From assembly GCF_046119375.1 (NCBI RefSeq), contig NW_027362767.1, positions 134,974,001-135,038,000 on the forward strand: a stretch of 64,000 bases of DNA. The letters run 5' to 3'. The translations under genes and the position numbers were made by a program. Shown in pieces: positions 1 through 13,722 of this stretch. The DNA comes from Phyllobates terribilis (lineage: Eukaryota). The notes below the pieces were generated by a model. It was given only the letters and a program-made list of their open reading frames with translations. It did not search any database and was not told the origin of the DNA. How positions within the stretch are numbered: the stretch's first letter is position 1; each line of letters starts with the position of its first letter.

Positions 1-3000
1 GACACGACTCAGAAACACGCACACAACTCAGAAACACGGACACACGACTCAGAAACACACACGACTCAGAAACACACACGACTCAGAAACACACACGACT
101 CAGAAACACACACGACTCAGAAACACGCACACACGGCTCAGAGACACAGATACACGGCTCAGAAACACGGACACAACTTAGAAACACGCAGACACGACTC
201 AGAAACACGCAGACACGACTCAGAAACACAGACACATTGCTCAAAAACACGGACACAACTCAGAAACACGCACACACGACTCAGAAACACGCACACACGA
301 CTCAGAAACACGCACACACGACTCAGAAACACGCACACACGACTCAGAAACACGCACACACGACTCAGAAACACGCACACACGACTCAGAAACACGCACA
401 CACGACTCAGAGACACAGATACATGGCTCAAAAAACACAGACACAACTCAGAAAAACGGACACACGACTCAGAAACACGGACACACGACTCAGAAACACG
501 CACACACGACTCAGAAACACGCACACACGACTCAGAAACACGCACACACGACTCAGAAACACGGACACACGACTCAGAAACACGGACACATGACTCAGAA
601 ACACGGACACACGACTCAGACACAGACACATGGCTCAAAAAGCACGGACACAACTCAGAAACACGCACACAACTCAGAAACACGGACACAACTCAGAAAC
701 ACGGACACACGACTCAGAAACACGCACACACGACTCAGAAACACAGACACATTGCTCAAAAACACGGACACAACTCAGAAACACGGACACACGACTCAAA
801 CACGGACACACGACTAAAACATGCACACACAACTCAGAAACACGGACACACGACTCAGAAACACACACGACTCAGAAACACACACGACTCAGAAACACAC
901 ACGACTCAGAAACACACACGACTCAGAAACACACACGACTCAGAAACACACACGACTCAGAAACACACACGACTCAGAAACACACACGACTCAGAAACAC
1001 ACACGACTCAGAAACACGCACACACGGCTCAGAGACACAGATACACGGCTCAGAAACACGGACACATTGCTCAAAAACACGGACACGACTCAGAAACACG
1101 CACACAACTCAGAAACACGGACACACGACTCAGAAACACACACGACTCAGAAACACACACGACTCAGAAACACACACGACTCAGAAACACACACGACTCA
1201 GAAACACACACGACTCAGAAACACGGAGACACGACTCAGAAACACGGACACACGACTCAGAAACACGGACACACGACTCAGAAACACGGACACACGACTC
1301 AGAAACACGGACACACGACTCAGAAACACGGACACACGACTCAGAGACACGGATACACGGCTCAGAAACACGCACACACGACTCAGACACAGACACATGG
1401 CTCAAAAAACACGGACACAACTCAGAAACACGCACACAACTCAGAAACACGCACACACGACTCAGAAACACGGACACATGACTCAGAAACATGGACACAA
1501 CTTAGAAACACGCACACAAGACTCAGAAACACGCAGACACGACTCAGAAACACGGACACAACTTAGAAACACGCACACAACTCAGAAACACGCACACAAC
1601 TCAGAAACACGCACACACGACTCAGAAACATGGACACACGACTCAGAGACACAGATACATGGCTCAAAAAACACGGACACAACTCAGAAAAACGCACACA
1701 CGACTCAGAAACACGGACACAACTCAGAAACACGGACACACGACTCAGAAACACGGACACACGACTCAGAAACACGGACACACGACTCAGAAACACGGAC
1801 ACACGACTCAGAGACACAGATACATGGCTCAAAAAACACGGACACAACTCAGAAAAACGGACACACGACTCAGAAACACGGACACACGACTCAGAAACAC
1901 GGAGACACGACTCAGAAACACGGAGACACGACTCAGAAACACGGAGACACGACTCAGAAACACGCACACACGACTCAGAAACATGGACACACGACTCAGA
2001 GACACAGATACATGGCTCAAAAAACACGGACACAACTCAGAAAAACGGACACACGACTCAGAAACACGGAGACACGACTCAGAAACACGGACACACGACT
2101 CAGAAACACGGACACACGACTCAGAAACACGGACACACGACTCAGAGACACGGATACACGGCTCAGAAACACGCACACACGACTCAGAAACACGTACACA
2201 CAACTCAGAAACACGGACACATGACTCAGAAACATGGACACAACTTAGAAACACGCACACAACTCAGAAACACGCACACACGACTCAGAAACACGGACAC
2301 ATGACTCAGAAACATGGACACAACTTAGAAACACGCACACAACTCAGAAACACGCACACAACTCAGAAACACGCACACACGACTCAGAGACACGGATACA
2401 CGGCTCAGAAACACGCACACACGACTCAGAGACACGGACACACGACTCAGAAACACGCACACATGACTCAGAGACACGGATACACGACTCAGAAACACGG
2501 ACACACGACTCAGAAACACGTACACACAACTCAGAAACACGCACACGACTCAGAAACACGTACACACAACTCAGAAACACGCACACGACTCAGAAACACG
2601 CACACGACTCAGAAACACACACGACTCAGAAACACACACGACTCAGAAACACACACGACTCAGAAACACACACGACTCAGAAACACACACGACTCAGAAA
2701 CACACACGACTCAGAAACACACACGACTCAGAAACACACACGACTCAGAAACACACACGACTCAGAAACACACACGACTCAGAAACACACACGACTCAGA
2801 AACACACACGACTCAGAAACACGCACACACGACTCAGAAACACAGACACATTGCTCAAAAACACGGACACAACTCAGAAACACGCACACACGACTCAGAA
2901 ACACGCACACACGACTCAGAAACACGCACACACGACTCAGAAACACGCACACACGACTCAGAAACACGGACACACGACTCAGAAACACGGACACACGACT

Positions 3001-6000
3001 CAGAAACACGGACACACGACTCAGACACAGATACATGGCTCAAAAAACACGGACACAACTCAGAAACACGGACACACGACTCAGAAACACGGACACACGA
3101 CTCAGAAACACGCACACACGACTCAGAAACACGCACACACGACTCAGAAACACGGACACACGACTCAGAAACACGGACACACGACTCAGAAACACGGACA
3201 CACGACTCAGACACAGACACATGGCTCAAAAAGCACGGACACAACTCAGAAACACGCACACAACTCAAACACGGACACAACTCAGAAACACGGACACACG
3301 ACTCAGAAACACGCACACACGACTCAGAAACAGACACATTGCTCAAAAACACGGACACAACTCAGAAACACGGACACACGACTCAAACACGGACACACGA
3401 CTAAAACATGCACACACAACTCAGAAACACGGACACATGACTCAGAAACATGGACACAACTTAGAAACACGCACACAAGACTCAGAAACACGCAGACACG
3501 ACTCAGAAACACGGACACAACTTAGAAACACGCACACAACTCAGAAACACGCACACAACTCAGAAACACGCACACAACTCAGAAACACGCACACAACTCA
3601 GAAACACGCACACAACTCAGAAACACGCACACAACTCAGAAACACGCACACACGACTCAGAGACACAGATACATGGCTCAAAAAACACGGACACAACTCA
3701 GAAAAACGCACACACGACTCAGAAACACGGACACAACTCAGAAACATGGACACAACTCAGAAACACGGACACACGACTCAGAAACACGGACACACGACTC
3801 AGAGACACAGATACATGGCTCAAAAAACACGGACACAACTCAGAAAAACGGACACACGACTCAGAAACACGGAGACACGACTCAGAAACACGGACACACG
3901 ACTCAGAAACACGGACACACGACTCAGAGACACGGATACACGGCTCAGAAACACGCACACACGACTCAGACACAGACACATGGCTCAAAAAACACGGACA
4001 CAACTCAGAAACACGCACACAACTCAGAAACACGCACACACGACTCAGAAACACGGACACATGACTCAGAAACATGGACACAACTTAGAAACACGCACAC
4101 AAGACTCAGAAACACGCAGACACGACTCAGAAACACGGACACAACTCAGAAACACGCACACACGACTCAGAAACATGGACACACGACTCAGAGACACAGA
4201 TACATGGCTCAAAAAACACGGACACAACTCAGAAAAACGCACACACGACTCAGAAACACGGACACAACTCAGAAACACGGAGACACGACTCAGAAACACG
4301 GACACACGACTCAGAAACACGTACACACGACTCAGAAACACGGACACACGACTCAGAAACACGGATACACGGCTCAGAAACATGCACACACGACTCAGAG
4401 ACACAGACACATGGCTCAAAAAACACGGACACAACTCAGAAACACGCACACAACTCAGAAACACGGACACAACTCAGAAACACGGACACACGACTCAAAC
4501 ACGGACACACGACTAAAACATGCACACACAACTCAGAAACATGGACACAACTTAGAAACACGCACACAAGACTCAGAAACACGCAGACACGACTCAGAAA
4601 CACGGACACAACTTAGAAACACGCACACAACTCAGAAACACGCACACAACTCAGAAACACGCACACAACTCAGAAACACGCACACAACTCAGAAACACGC
4701 ACACACGACTCAGAAACACGCACACACGACTCAGAAACATGGACACACGACTCAGAGACACAGATACATGGCTCAAAAAACACGGACACAACTCAGAAAA
4801 ACGGACACACGACTCAGAAACACGGAGACACGACTCAGAAACACGGAGACACGACTCAGAAACACGGACACACGACTCAGAGACACGGATACACGGCTCA
4901 GAAACACGCACACACGACTCAGACACAGACACATGGCTCAAAAAACACGGACACAACTCAGAAACACGCACACAACTCAGAAACACGCACACACGACTCA
5001 GAAACACGGACACATGACTCAGAAACATGGACACAACTTAGAAACACGCACACAACTCAGAAACACGCACACAACTCAGAAACACGCACACAACTCAGAA
5101 ACACGCACACAACTCAGAAACACGCACACAACTCAGAAACACGCACACACGACTCAGAAACACGGACACACGACTCAGAGACACAGATACATGGCTCAAA
5201 AAACACGGACACAACTCAGAAAAACGCACACACGACTCAGAAACACGGACACAACTCAGAAACATGGACACAACTCAGAAACACGGACACACGACTCAGA
5301 AACACGGACACACGACTCAGAGACACAGATACATGGCTCAAAAAACACGGACACAACTCAGAAAAACGGACACACGACTCAGAAACACGGACACAAGACT
5401 CAGAAACACGGAGACACGACTCAGAAACACGGACACACGACTCAGAAACACGGACACACGACTCAGAAACACGGACACACGACTCAGAAACACGGACACA
5501 CGACTCAGAAACACGGACACACTACTCAGAAACACGGACACACTACTCAGAAACACGGACACACGACTCAGAAACACGGACACACGACTCAGAGACACGG
5601 ATACACGGCTCAGAAACATGCACACACGAATCAGAGACACAGACACATGGCTCAAAAAACACGCACACAACTCAGAAACACGGACACGACTCAGAAACAC
5701 GCACACACGACTCAGAAACACGCACACAAGACTCAGAAACACGCAGACACGACTCAGAAACACGGACACAACTTAGAAACACGCACACAACTCAGAAACA
5801 CGCACACAACTCAGAAACACGCACACACGACTCAGAAACATGGACACACGACTCAGAGACACAGATACATGGCTCAAAAAACACGGACACAACTCAGAAA
5901 AACGCACACACGACTCAGAAACACGGACACAACTCAGAAACATGGACACAACTCAGAAACACGGACACACGACTCAGAAACACGGACACACGACTCAGAA

Positions 6001-9000
6001 ACACGGACACACGACTCAGAAACACGGACACACGACTCAAACACGGACACACGACTCAAACACGGACACACGACTCAAACACGGACACACGACTCAGAGA
6101 CACAGACACATGGCTCAAAAAACACGGACAACTCAGAAACACGCACACACGACTCAGAAACACGCACACACGACTCAGAAACACGCAGACAACTCAGAAA
6201 CACAGACACAACTCAGAAACACGGACACACGACTCAGAAACACGCACACAACTCAGAAACACAGACACACGACTAAAACATGCACACACGACTAAAACAT
6301 GCACACACGACTCAGAAACACACACGACTCAGAAACACGCACACACGACTCAGAAACACACACGACTCAGAAACACGCACACACGACTCAGAAACACACG
6401 ACTCAGAAACACACACGACTCAGAAACACACACGACTCAGAAACACACACGACTCAGAAACACACACGACTCAGAAACACGCACACACGGCTCAGAGACA
6501 CAGATACACGGCTCAGAAACACGGACACATTGCTCAAAAACACGGACACGACTCAGAAACACGCACACAACTCAGAAACACGGACACACGACTCAGAAAC
6601 ACACACGACTCAGAAACACACACGACTCAGAAACACACACGACTCAGAAACACACACGACTCAGAAACACGGAGACACGACTCAGAAACACGGACACACG
6701 ACTCAGAAACACGGACACACGACTCAGAAACACGGACACACGACTCAGAAACACGGACACACGACTCAGAAACACGGACACACGACTCAGAGACACGGAT
6801 ACACGGCTCAGAAACACGCACACACGACTCAGACACAGACACATGGCTCAAAAAACACGGACACAACTCAGAAACACGCACACAACTCAGAAACACGCAC
6901 ACACGACTCAGAAACACGGACACATGACTCAGAAACATGGACACAACTTAGAAACACGCACACAAGACTCAGAAACACGCAGACACGACTCAGAAACACG
7001 GACACAACTTAGAAACACGCACACAACTCAGAAACACGCACACAACTCAGAAACACGCACACAACTCAGAAACACGCACACAACTCAGAAACACGCACAC
7101 ACGACTCAGAAACATGGACACACGACTCAGAGACACAGATACATGGCTCAAAAAACACGGACACAACTCAGAAAAACGCACACACGACTCAGAAACACGG
7201 ACACAACTCAGAAACATGGACACAACTCAGAAACACGGACACACGACTCAGAAACACGGACACACGACTCAGAGACACAGATACATGGCTCAAAAAACAC
7301 GGACACAACTCAGAAAAACGGACACACGACTCAGAAACACGGACACACGACTCAGAAACACGGAGACACGACTCAGAAACACGGAGACACGACTCAGAAA
7401 CACGGAGACACGACTCAGAAACACGCACACACGACTCAGAAACATGGACACACGACTCAGAGACACAGATACATGGCTCAAAAAACACGGACACAACTCA
7501 GAAAAACGGACACACGACTCAGAAACACGGACACACGACTCAGAAACACGGACACACGACTCAGAGACACGGATACACGGCTCAGAAACACGCACACACG
7601 ACTCAGACACAGACACATGGCTCAAAAAACACGGACACAACTCAGAAACACGCACACAACTCAGAAACACGCACACACGACTCAGAAACACGGACACATG
7701 ACTCAGAAACATGGACACAACTTAGAAACACGCACACAACTCAGAAACACGCACACAACTCAGAAACACGCACACACGACTCAGAGACACGGATACACGG
7801 CTCAGAAACACGCACACACGACTCAGAGACACGGACACACGACTCAGAGACACGGACACACGACTCAGAAACACGCACACATGACTCAGAGACACGGATA
7901 CACGACTCAGAAACACGGACACACGACTCAGAAACACGTACACACGACTCAGAAACACGTACACACGACTCAGAAACACGCACACGACTCAAACACGCAC
8001 ACGACTCAGAAACACACACGACTCAGAAACACACACGACTCAGAAACACACACGACTCAGAAACACACACGACTCAGAAACACACACGACTCAGAAACAC
8101 ACACGACTCAGAAACACACACGACTCAGAAACACACACGACTCAGAAACACACACGACTCAGAAACACACACGACTCAGAAACACACACGACTCAGAAAC
8201 ACGCACACACGACTCAGAAACACAGACACATTGCTCAAAAACACGGACACAACTCAGAAACACGCACACACGACTCAGAAACACGCACACACGACTCAGA
8301 AACACGCACACACGACTCAGAAACACGCACACACGACTCAGAAACACGCACACACGACTCAAACACGGACACACGACTCAGAAACACGGACACACGACTC
8401 AGACACAGATACATGGCTCAAAAAACACGGACACAACTCAGAAACACGGACACACGACTCAGAAACACGGACACACGACTCAGAAACACGCACACACGAC
8501 TCAGAAACACGCACACACGACTCAGAAACACGCACACACGACTCAGAAACACGCACACACGACTCAGAAACACGCACACACGACTCAGAAACACGGACAC
8601 ACGACTCAGAAACACGGACACACGACTCAGAAACACGGACACACAACTCAGAAACACGGACACACGACTCAGACACAGACACATGGCTCAAAAAGCACGG
8701 ACACAACTCAGAAACACGCACACAACTCAAACACGGACACAACTCAGAAACACGGACACACGACTCAGAAACACGCACACACGACTCAGAAACAGACACA
8801 TTGCTCAAAAACACGGACACAACTCAGAAACACGGACACACGACTCAAACACGGACACACGACTAAAACATGCACACACAACTCAGAAACACGGACACAT
8901 GACTCAGAAACATGGACACAACTTAGAAACACGCACACAAGACTCAGAAACACGCAGACACGACTCAGAAACACGGACACAACTTAGAAACACGCACACA

Positions 9001-12000
9001 ACTCAGAAACACGCACACAACTCAGAAACACGCACACAACTCAGAAACACGCACACAACTCAGAAACACGCACACAACTCAGAAACACGCACACACGACT
9101 CAGAGACACAGATACATGGCTCAAAAAACACGGACACAACTCAGAAAAACGCACACACGACTCAGAAACACGGACACAACTCAGAAACATGGACACAACT
9201 CAGAAACACGGACACACGACTCAGAAACACGGACACACGACTCAGAGACACAGATACATGGCTCAAAAAACACGGACACAACTCAGAAAAACGGACACAC
9301 GACTCAGAAACACGGAGACACGACTCAGAAACACGGACACACGACTCAGAAACACGGACACACGACTCAGAAACACGGACACACGACTCAGAGACACGGA
9401 TACACGGCTCAGAAACACGCACACACGACTCAGACACAGATACATGGCTCAAAAAACACGGACACAACTCAGAAACACGCACACAACTCAGAAACACGCA
9501 CACACGACTCAGAAACACGGACACATGACTCAGAAACATGGACACAACTTAGAAACACGCACACAAGACTCAGAAACACGCAGACACGACTCAGAAACAC
9601 GCACACACGACTCAGAAACATGGACACACGACTCAGAGACACAGATACATGGCTCAAAAAACACGGACACAACTCAGAAAAACGCACACACGACTCAGAA
9701 ACACGGACACAACTCAGAAACACGGAGACACGACTCAGAAACACGGACACACGACTCAGAAACACGTACACACGACTCAGAAACACGGACACACGACTCA
9801 GAAACACGGATACACGGCTCAGAAACATGCACACACGACTCAGAGACACAGACACATGGCTCAAAAAACACGGACACAACTCAGAAACACGCACACAACT
9901 CAGAAACACGGACACAACTCAGAAACACGGACACACGACTCAAACACGGACACACGACTAAAACATGCACACACAACTCAGAAACATGGACACAACTTAG
10001 AAACACGCACACAAGACTCAGAAACACGCAGACACGACTCAGAAACACGGACACAACTTAGAAACACGCACACAACTCAGAAACACGCACACAACTCAGA
10101 AACACGCACACAACTCAGAAACACGCACACAACTCAGAAACACGCACACAACTCAGAAACACGCACACACGACTCAGAAACACGCACACACGACTCAGAA
10201 ACATGGACACACGACTCAGAGACACAGATACATGGCTCAAAAAACACGGACACAACTCAGAAAAACGGACACACGACTCAGAAACACGGAGACACGACTC
10301 AGAAACACGGACACACGACTCAGAAACACGGACACACGACTCAGAGACACGGATACACGGCTCAGAAACACGCACACACGACTCAGACACAGACACATGG
10401 CTCAAAAAACACGGACACAACTCAGAAACACGCACACAACTCAGAAACACGCACACACGACTCAGAAACACGGACACATGACTCAGAAACATGGACACAA
10501 CTTAGAAACACGCACACAACTCAGAAACACGCACACAACTCAGAAACACGCACACAACTCAGAAACACGCACACAACTCAGAAACACGCACACAACTCAG
10601 AAACACGCACACACGACTCAGAAACACGGACACACGACTCAGAGACACAGATACATGGCTCAAAAAACACGGACACAACTCAGAAAAACGCACACACGAC
10701 TCAGAAACACGGACACAACTCAGAAACATGGACACAACTCAGAAACACGGACACACGACTCAGAAACACGGACACACGACTCAGAGACACAGATACATGG
10801 CTCAAAAAACACGGACACAACTCAGAAAAACGGACACACGACTCAGAAACACGGACACAAGACTCAGAAACACGGAGACACGACTCAGAAACACGGAGAC
10901 ACGACTCAGAAACACGGACACACGACTCAGAAACACGGACACACGACTCAGAAACACGGACACACGACTCAGAAACACGGACACACGACTCAGAAACACG
11001 GACACACGACTCAGAAACACGGACACACTACTCAGAAACACGGACACACTACTCAGAAACACGGACACACGACTCAGAGACACGGATACACGGCTCAGAA
11101 ACATGCACACACGAATCAGAGACACAGACACATGGCTCAAAAAACACGCACACAACTCAGAAACACGGACACGACTCAGAAACACGCACACACGACTCAG
11201 AAACACGCACACACGACTCAGAAACACGCACACACGACTCAGAAACACAGACACATTGCTCAAAAACACGGACACAACTCAGAAACACGGACACACGACT
11301 AAAACATGCACACACAACTCAGAAACATCGACACAACTTAGAAACACGCACACAAGACTCAGAAACACGCAGACACGACTCAGAAACACGGACACAACTT
11401 AGAAACACGCACACAACTCAGAAACACGCACACAACTCAGAAACACGCACACACGACTCAGAAACATGGACACACGACTCAGAGACACAGATACATGGCT
11501 CAAAAAACACGGACACAACTCAGAAAAACGCACACACGACTCAGAAACACGGACACAACTCAGAAACATGGACACAACTCAGAAACACGGACACACGACT
11601 CAGAAACACGGACACACGACTCAGAAACACGGACACACGACTCAGAAACACGGACACACGACTCAGAAACACGGACACACGACTCAAACACGGACACACG
11701 ACTCAAACACGGACACACGACTCAGAGACACAGACACATGGCTCAAAAAACACGGACAACTCAGAAACACGCACACACGACTCAGAAACACGCACACACG
11801 ACTCAGAAACACGCAGACAACTCAGAAACACAGACACAACTCAGAAACACGGACACACGACTCAGAAACACGCACACAACTCAGAAACACAGACACACGA
11901 CTAAAACATGCACACACGACTAAAACATGCACACACGACTCAGAAACACACACGACTCAGAAACACGCACACACGACTCAGAAACACGCACACACGACTC

Positions 12001-12052
12001 AGAAACACGCACACACGACTCAGAAACACGCACACACGACTCAGAAACACGC
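1..12052. repeat. Satellite array of 17/19/21-bp related units (core GACTCAGAAACAC(GG/GC)ACACAC) with ~5.4-5.6 kb higher-order repeat; extends beyond window start
   Basis: Direct reading: units ACGACTCAGAAACACAC (17), AACTCAGAAACACGCACAC (19), GACTCAGAAACACGGACACAC (21). + strand is strongly A/C-rich. Variant blocks recur at ~5.4-5.6 kb (e.g. 1021/6481, 3673/9116, 4651/10115). All long ORFs here are repeat translations. Confidence 0.98.
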
Positions 12053-13172
12053 GTGACTCAGATGCATGAACACGACTCTGACACAAGCACACAGGCTGTC
12101 ATAAAACACATCATTAAGACATTCTACAGAGACTTCTCGGTGATCACAGCTGTTCGTTCTTGTGGTATTGAATGAAACACACACCACTCTGGAATCTCCT
12201 TGCACTGAAAGCTGAAGTGATACAACAGACCTCTGCCTGAATTTATGTCTCCTTTCCAGGCAAAAATCGGCTTTCTAGGCAAGCGGTGGCCTGCAAACTG
12301 GACTCTGAATTCAACTCACACTTACTACAGACACAGTCCTAGAGCGCCATGCTGTATCATTCAGCTGTACCCCATTGTTGCCTATGACCTCTTTCCAAAA
12401 AATATGAACATATAAGGGACATTCATTAATTGGAACCACGTAAATCATCTTTCCTGTCTTTTCAGAGTTTACCAATATTAGTTTTCAGGAGTTTCGTGTT
12501 GGTCTTGTGCAGTTTTCTCTTTAGTCGGGGTATTTGTTTTCTACAGCTTGTTGTCTGAGTTACGTACTTTGCTTCATAGTTATTAATAGTCTTTAGATGA
12601 CCTATGTCTTCTCCCCCCAAGGATGCGGAATTGGTATACTTGACTGTGGGAGGTCTGACGCTCAGACATATGGTCGGCTGATCTTTGCTCACCATTCACA
12701 TAAGCGTGCCGGAGGAAACCTCATCTTCTCTTTTCATATTTTCCTGGGTTCAACCCTCTCATGTCGCAGGTCGTCTCAAGCCACCAGCCAGGATACAACA
12801 AAATTAGCAGATTAAATATTAAGCAGGACGGGCGCTAAGATTTCACATTGATGCCATCAGAACCTCCGTTAACAAGAGGAACGCTGGGACTTTCTCTGCT
12901 GCTTCCGTGACACAAAAGGGATCGTTTGCCAGGAAGGATTGAGACAACCTATTAACCTTTGTTTGGCAAGTTAACAGCGCAAATTATAGAGATTGCAACA
13001 TATATGAAGTTATAAGGAACATAACCGGTAAGAATAGAAGCACATGCCCCCTCTGGTTTGATTGACATCCCTAATAATATAGATATTAATATTAGATATA
13101 GAGGAAACTGAACACCAACAGCAGAAGCAATAGGGGATACTTTAGGAAAAACTACTTACAGGATTCCCTTAA

Positions 13173-13530
13173 AGGGAATCTTCCATCAGGTTTTTGGGAA
13201 TAGCATAATATAGAGCAAAATAGCCTGATTTCAATGATGTATCACTTATTGGGCAGTGTGCAGTGTTTTATTAGCAGGAGATTATCACTGCAGGACTAGG
13301 TGTCATATGTCAGACAGTCCAGTCCTGTGTAGCCCCGCCTGCACTTCTGCTTGGAAGCTTGCTGATTGCACAACACAGGGGTGTGGGCGAAGTTATACAC
13401 AGCTCAGTGTGCCAACCACTGCTACAGCTACAGCAGAGAAAACAGGGATTGTATCAAAACTGCACCAAGCAGCCCAATAAGTGACATATCATGGGAATCA
13501 GGCTCTCTTGCCCTATATTATGCTGCTTTC
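13173..13530. mobile_element. T2-family (TTAA-target) MITE, right end degraded
   Basis: Begins TTAA|AGGGAATCTTCC at 13169-13184. Subterminal inverted pair TGATGTATCACTTATTGGGCAG...GCAG / CTGCACCAAGCAGCCCAATAAGTGACATATCA and GCATAATATAGAGCAA / TTGCCCTATATTATGC. Confidence 0.65.
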
Positions 13531-13623
13531 AGATTATAGAACATTTACATACTCCTAACATGACTTTTGTAGGCTTTGTTTAGTTTTAGGTAATGTAACG
13601 GATGTGAACCTGAACCTAACAAT

Positions 13624-13644
13624 GTGCTTTAATTAAACCCACAG
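13624..13644 (+). promoter_or_regulatory. Putative splice acceptor for the LINGO coding exon
   Basis: GTGCTTTAATTAAACCCACAG ends at 13644. LINGO genes characteristically have upstream exon(s) spliced to one large coding exon. Confidence 0.55.
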
Positions 13645-13722
13645 GTCAGGAGAAAAGCAGACGAGATCAGCCAGCAGGATGACCATCGCAGGATATACTC
13701 CTTTTCTCTCCTGCCTGTGAAG

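Noticed and set aside
159-12175. Dozens of long ORFs (up to 867 aa) on both strands
   Set aside because: Translations of a stop-poor satellite; all frames are open and periodic, with no domain content.
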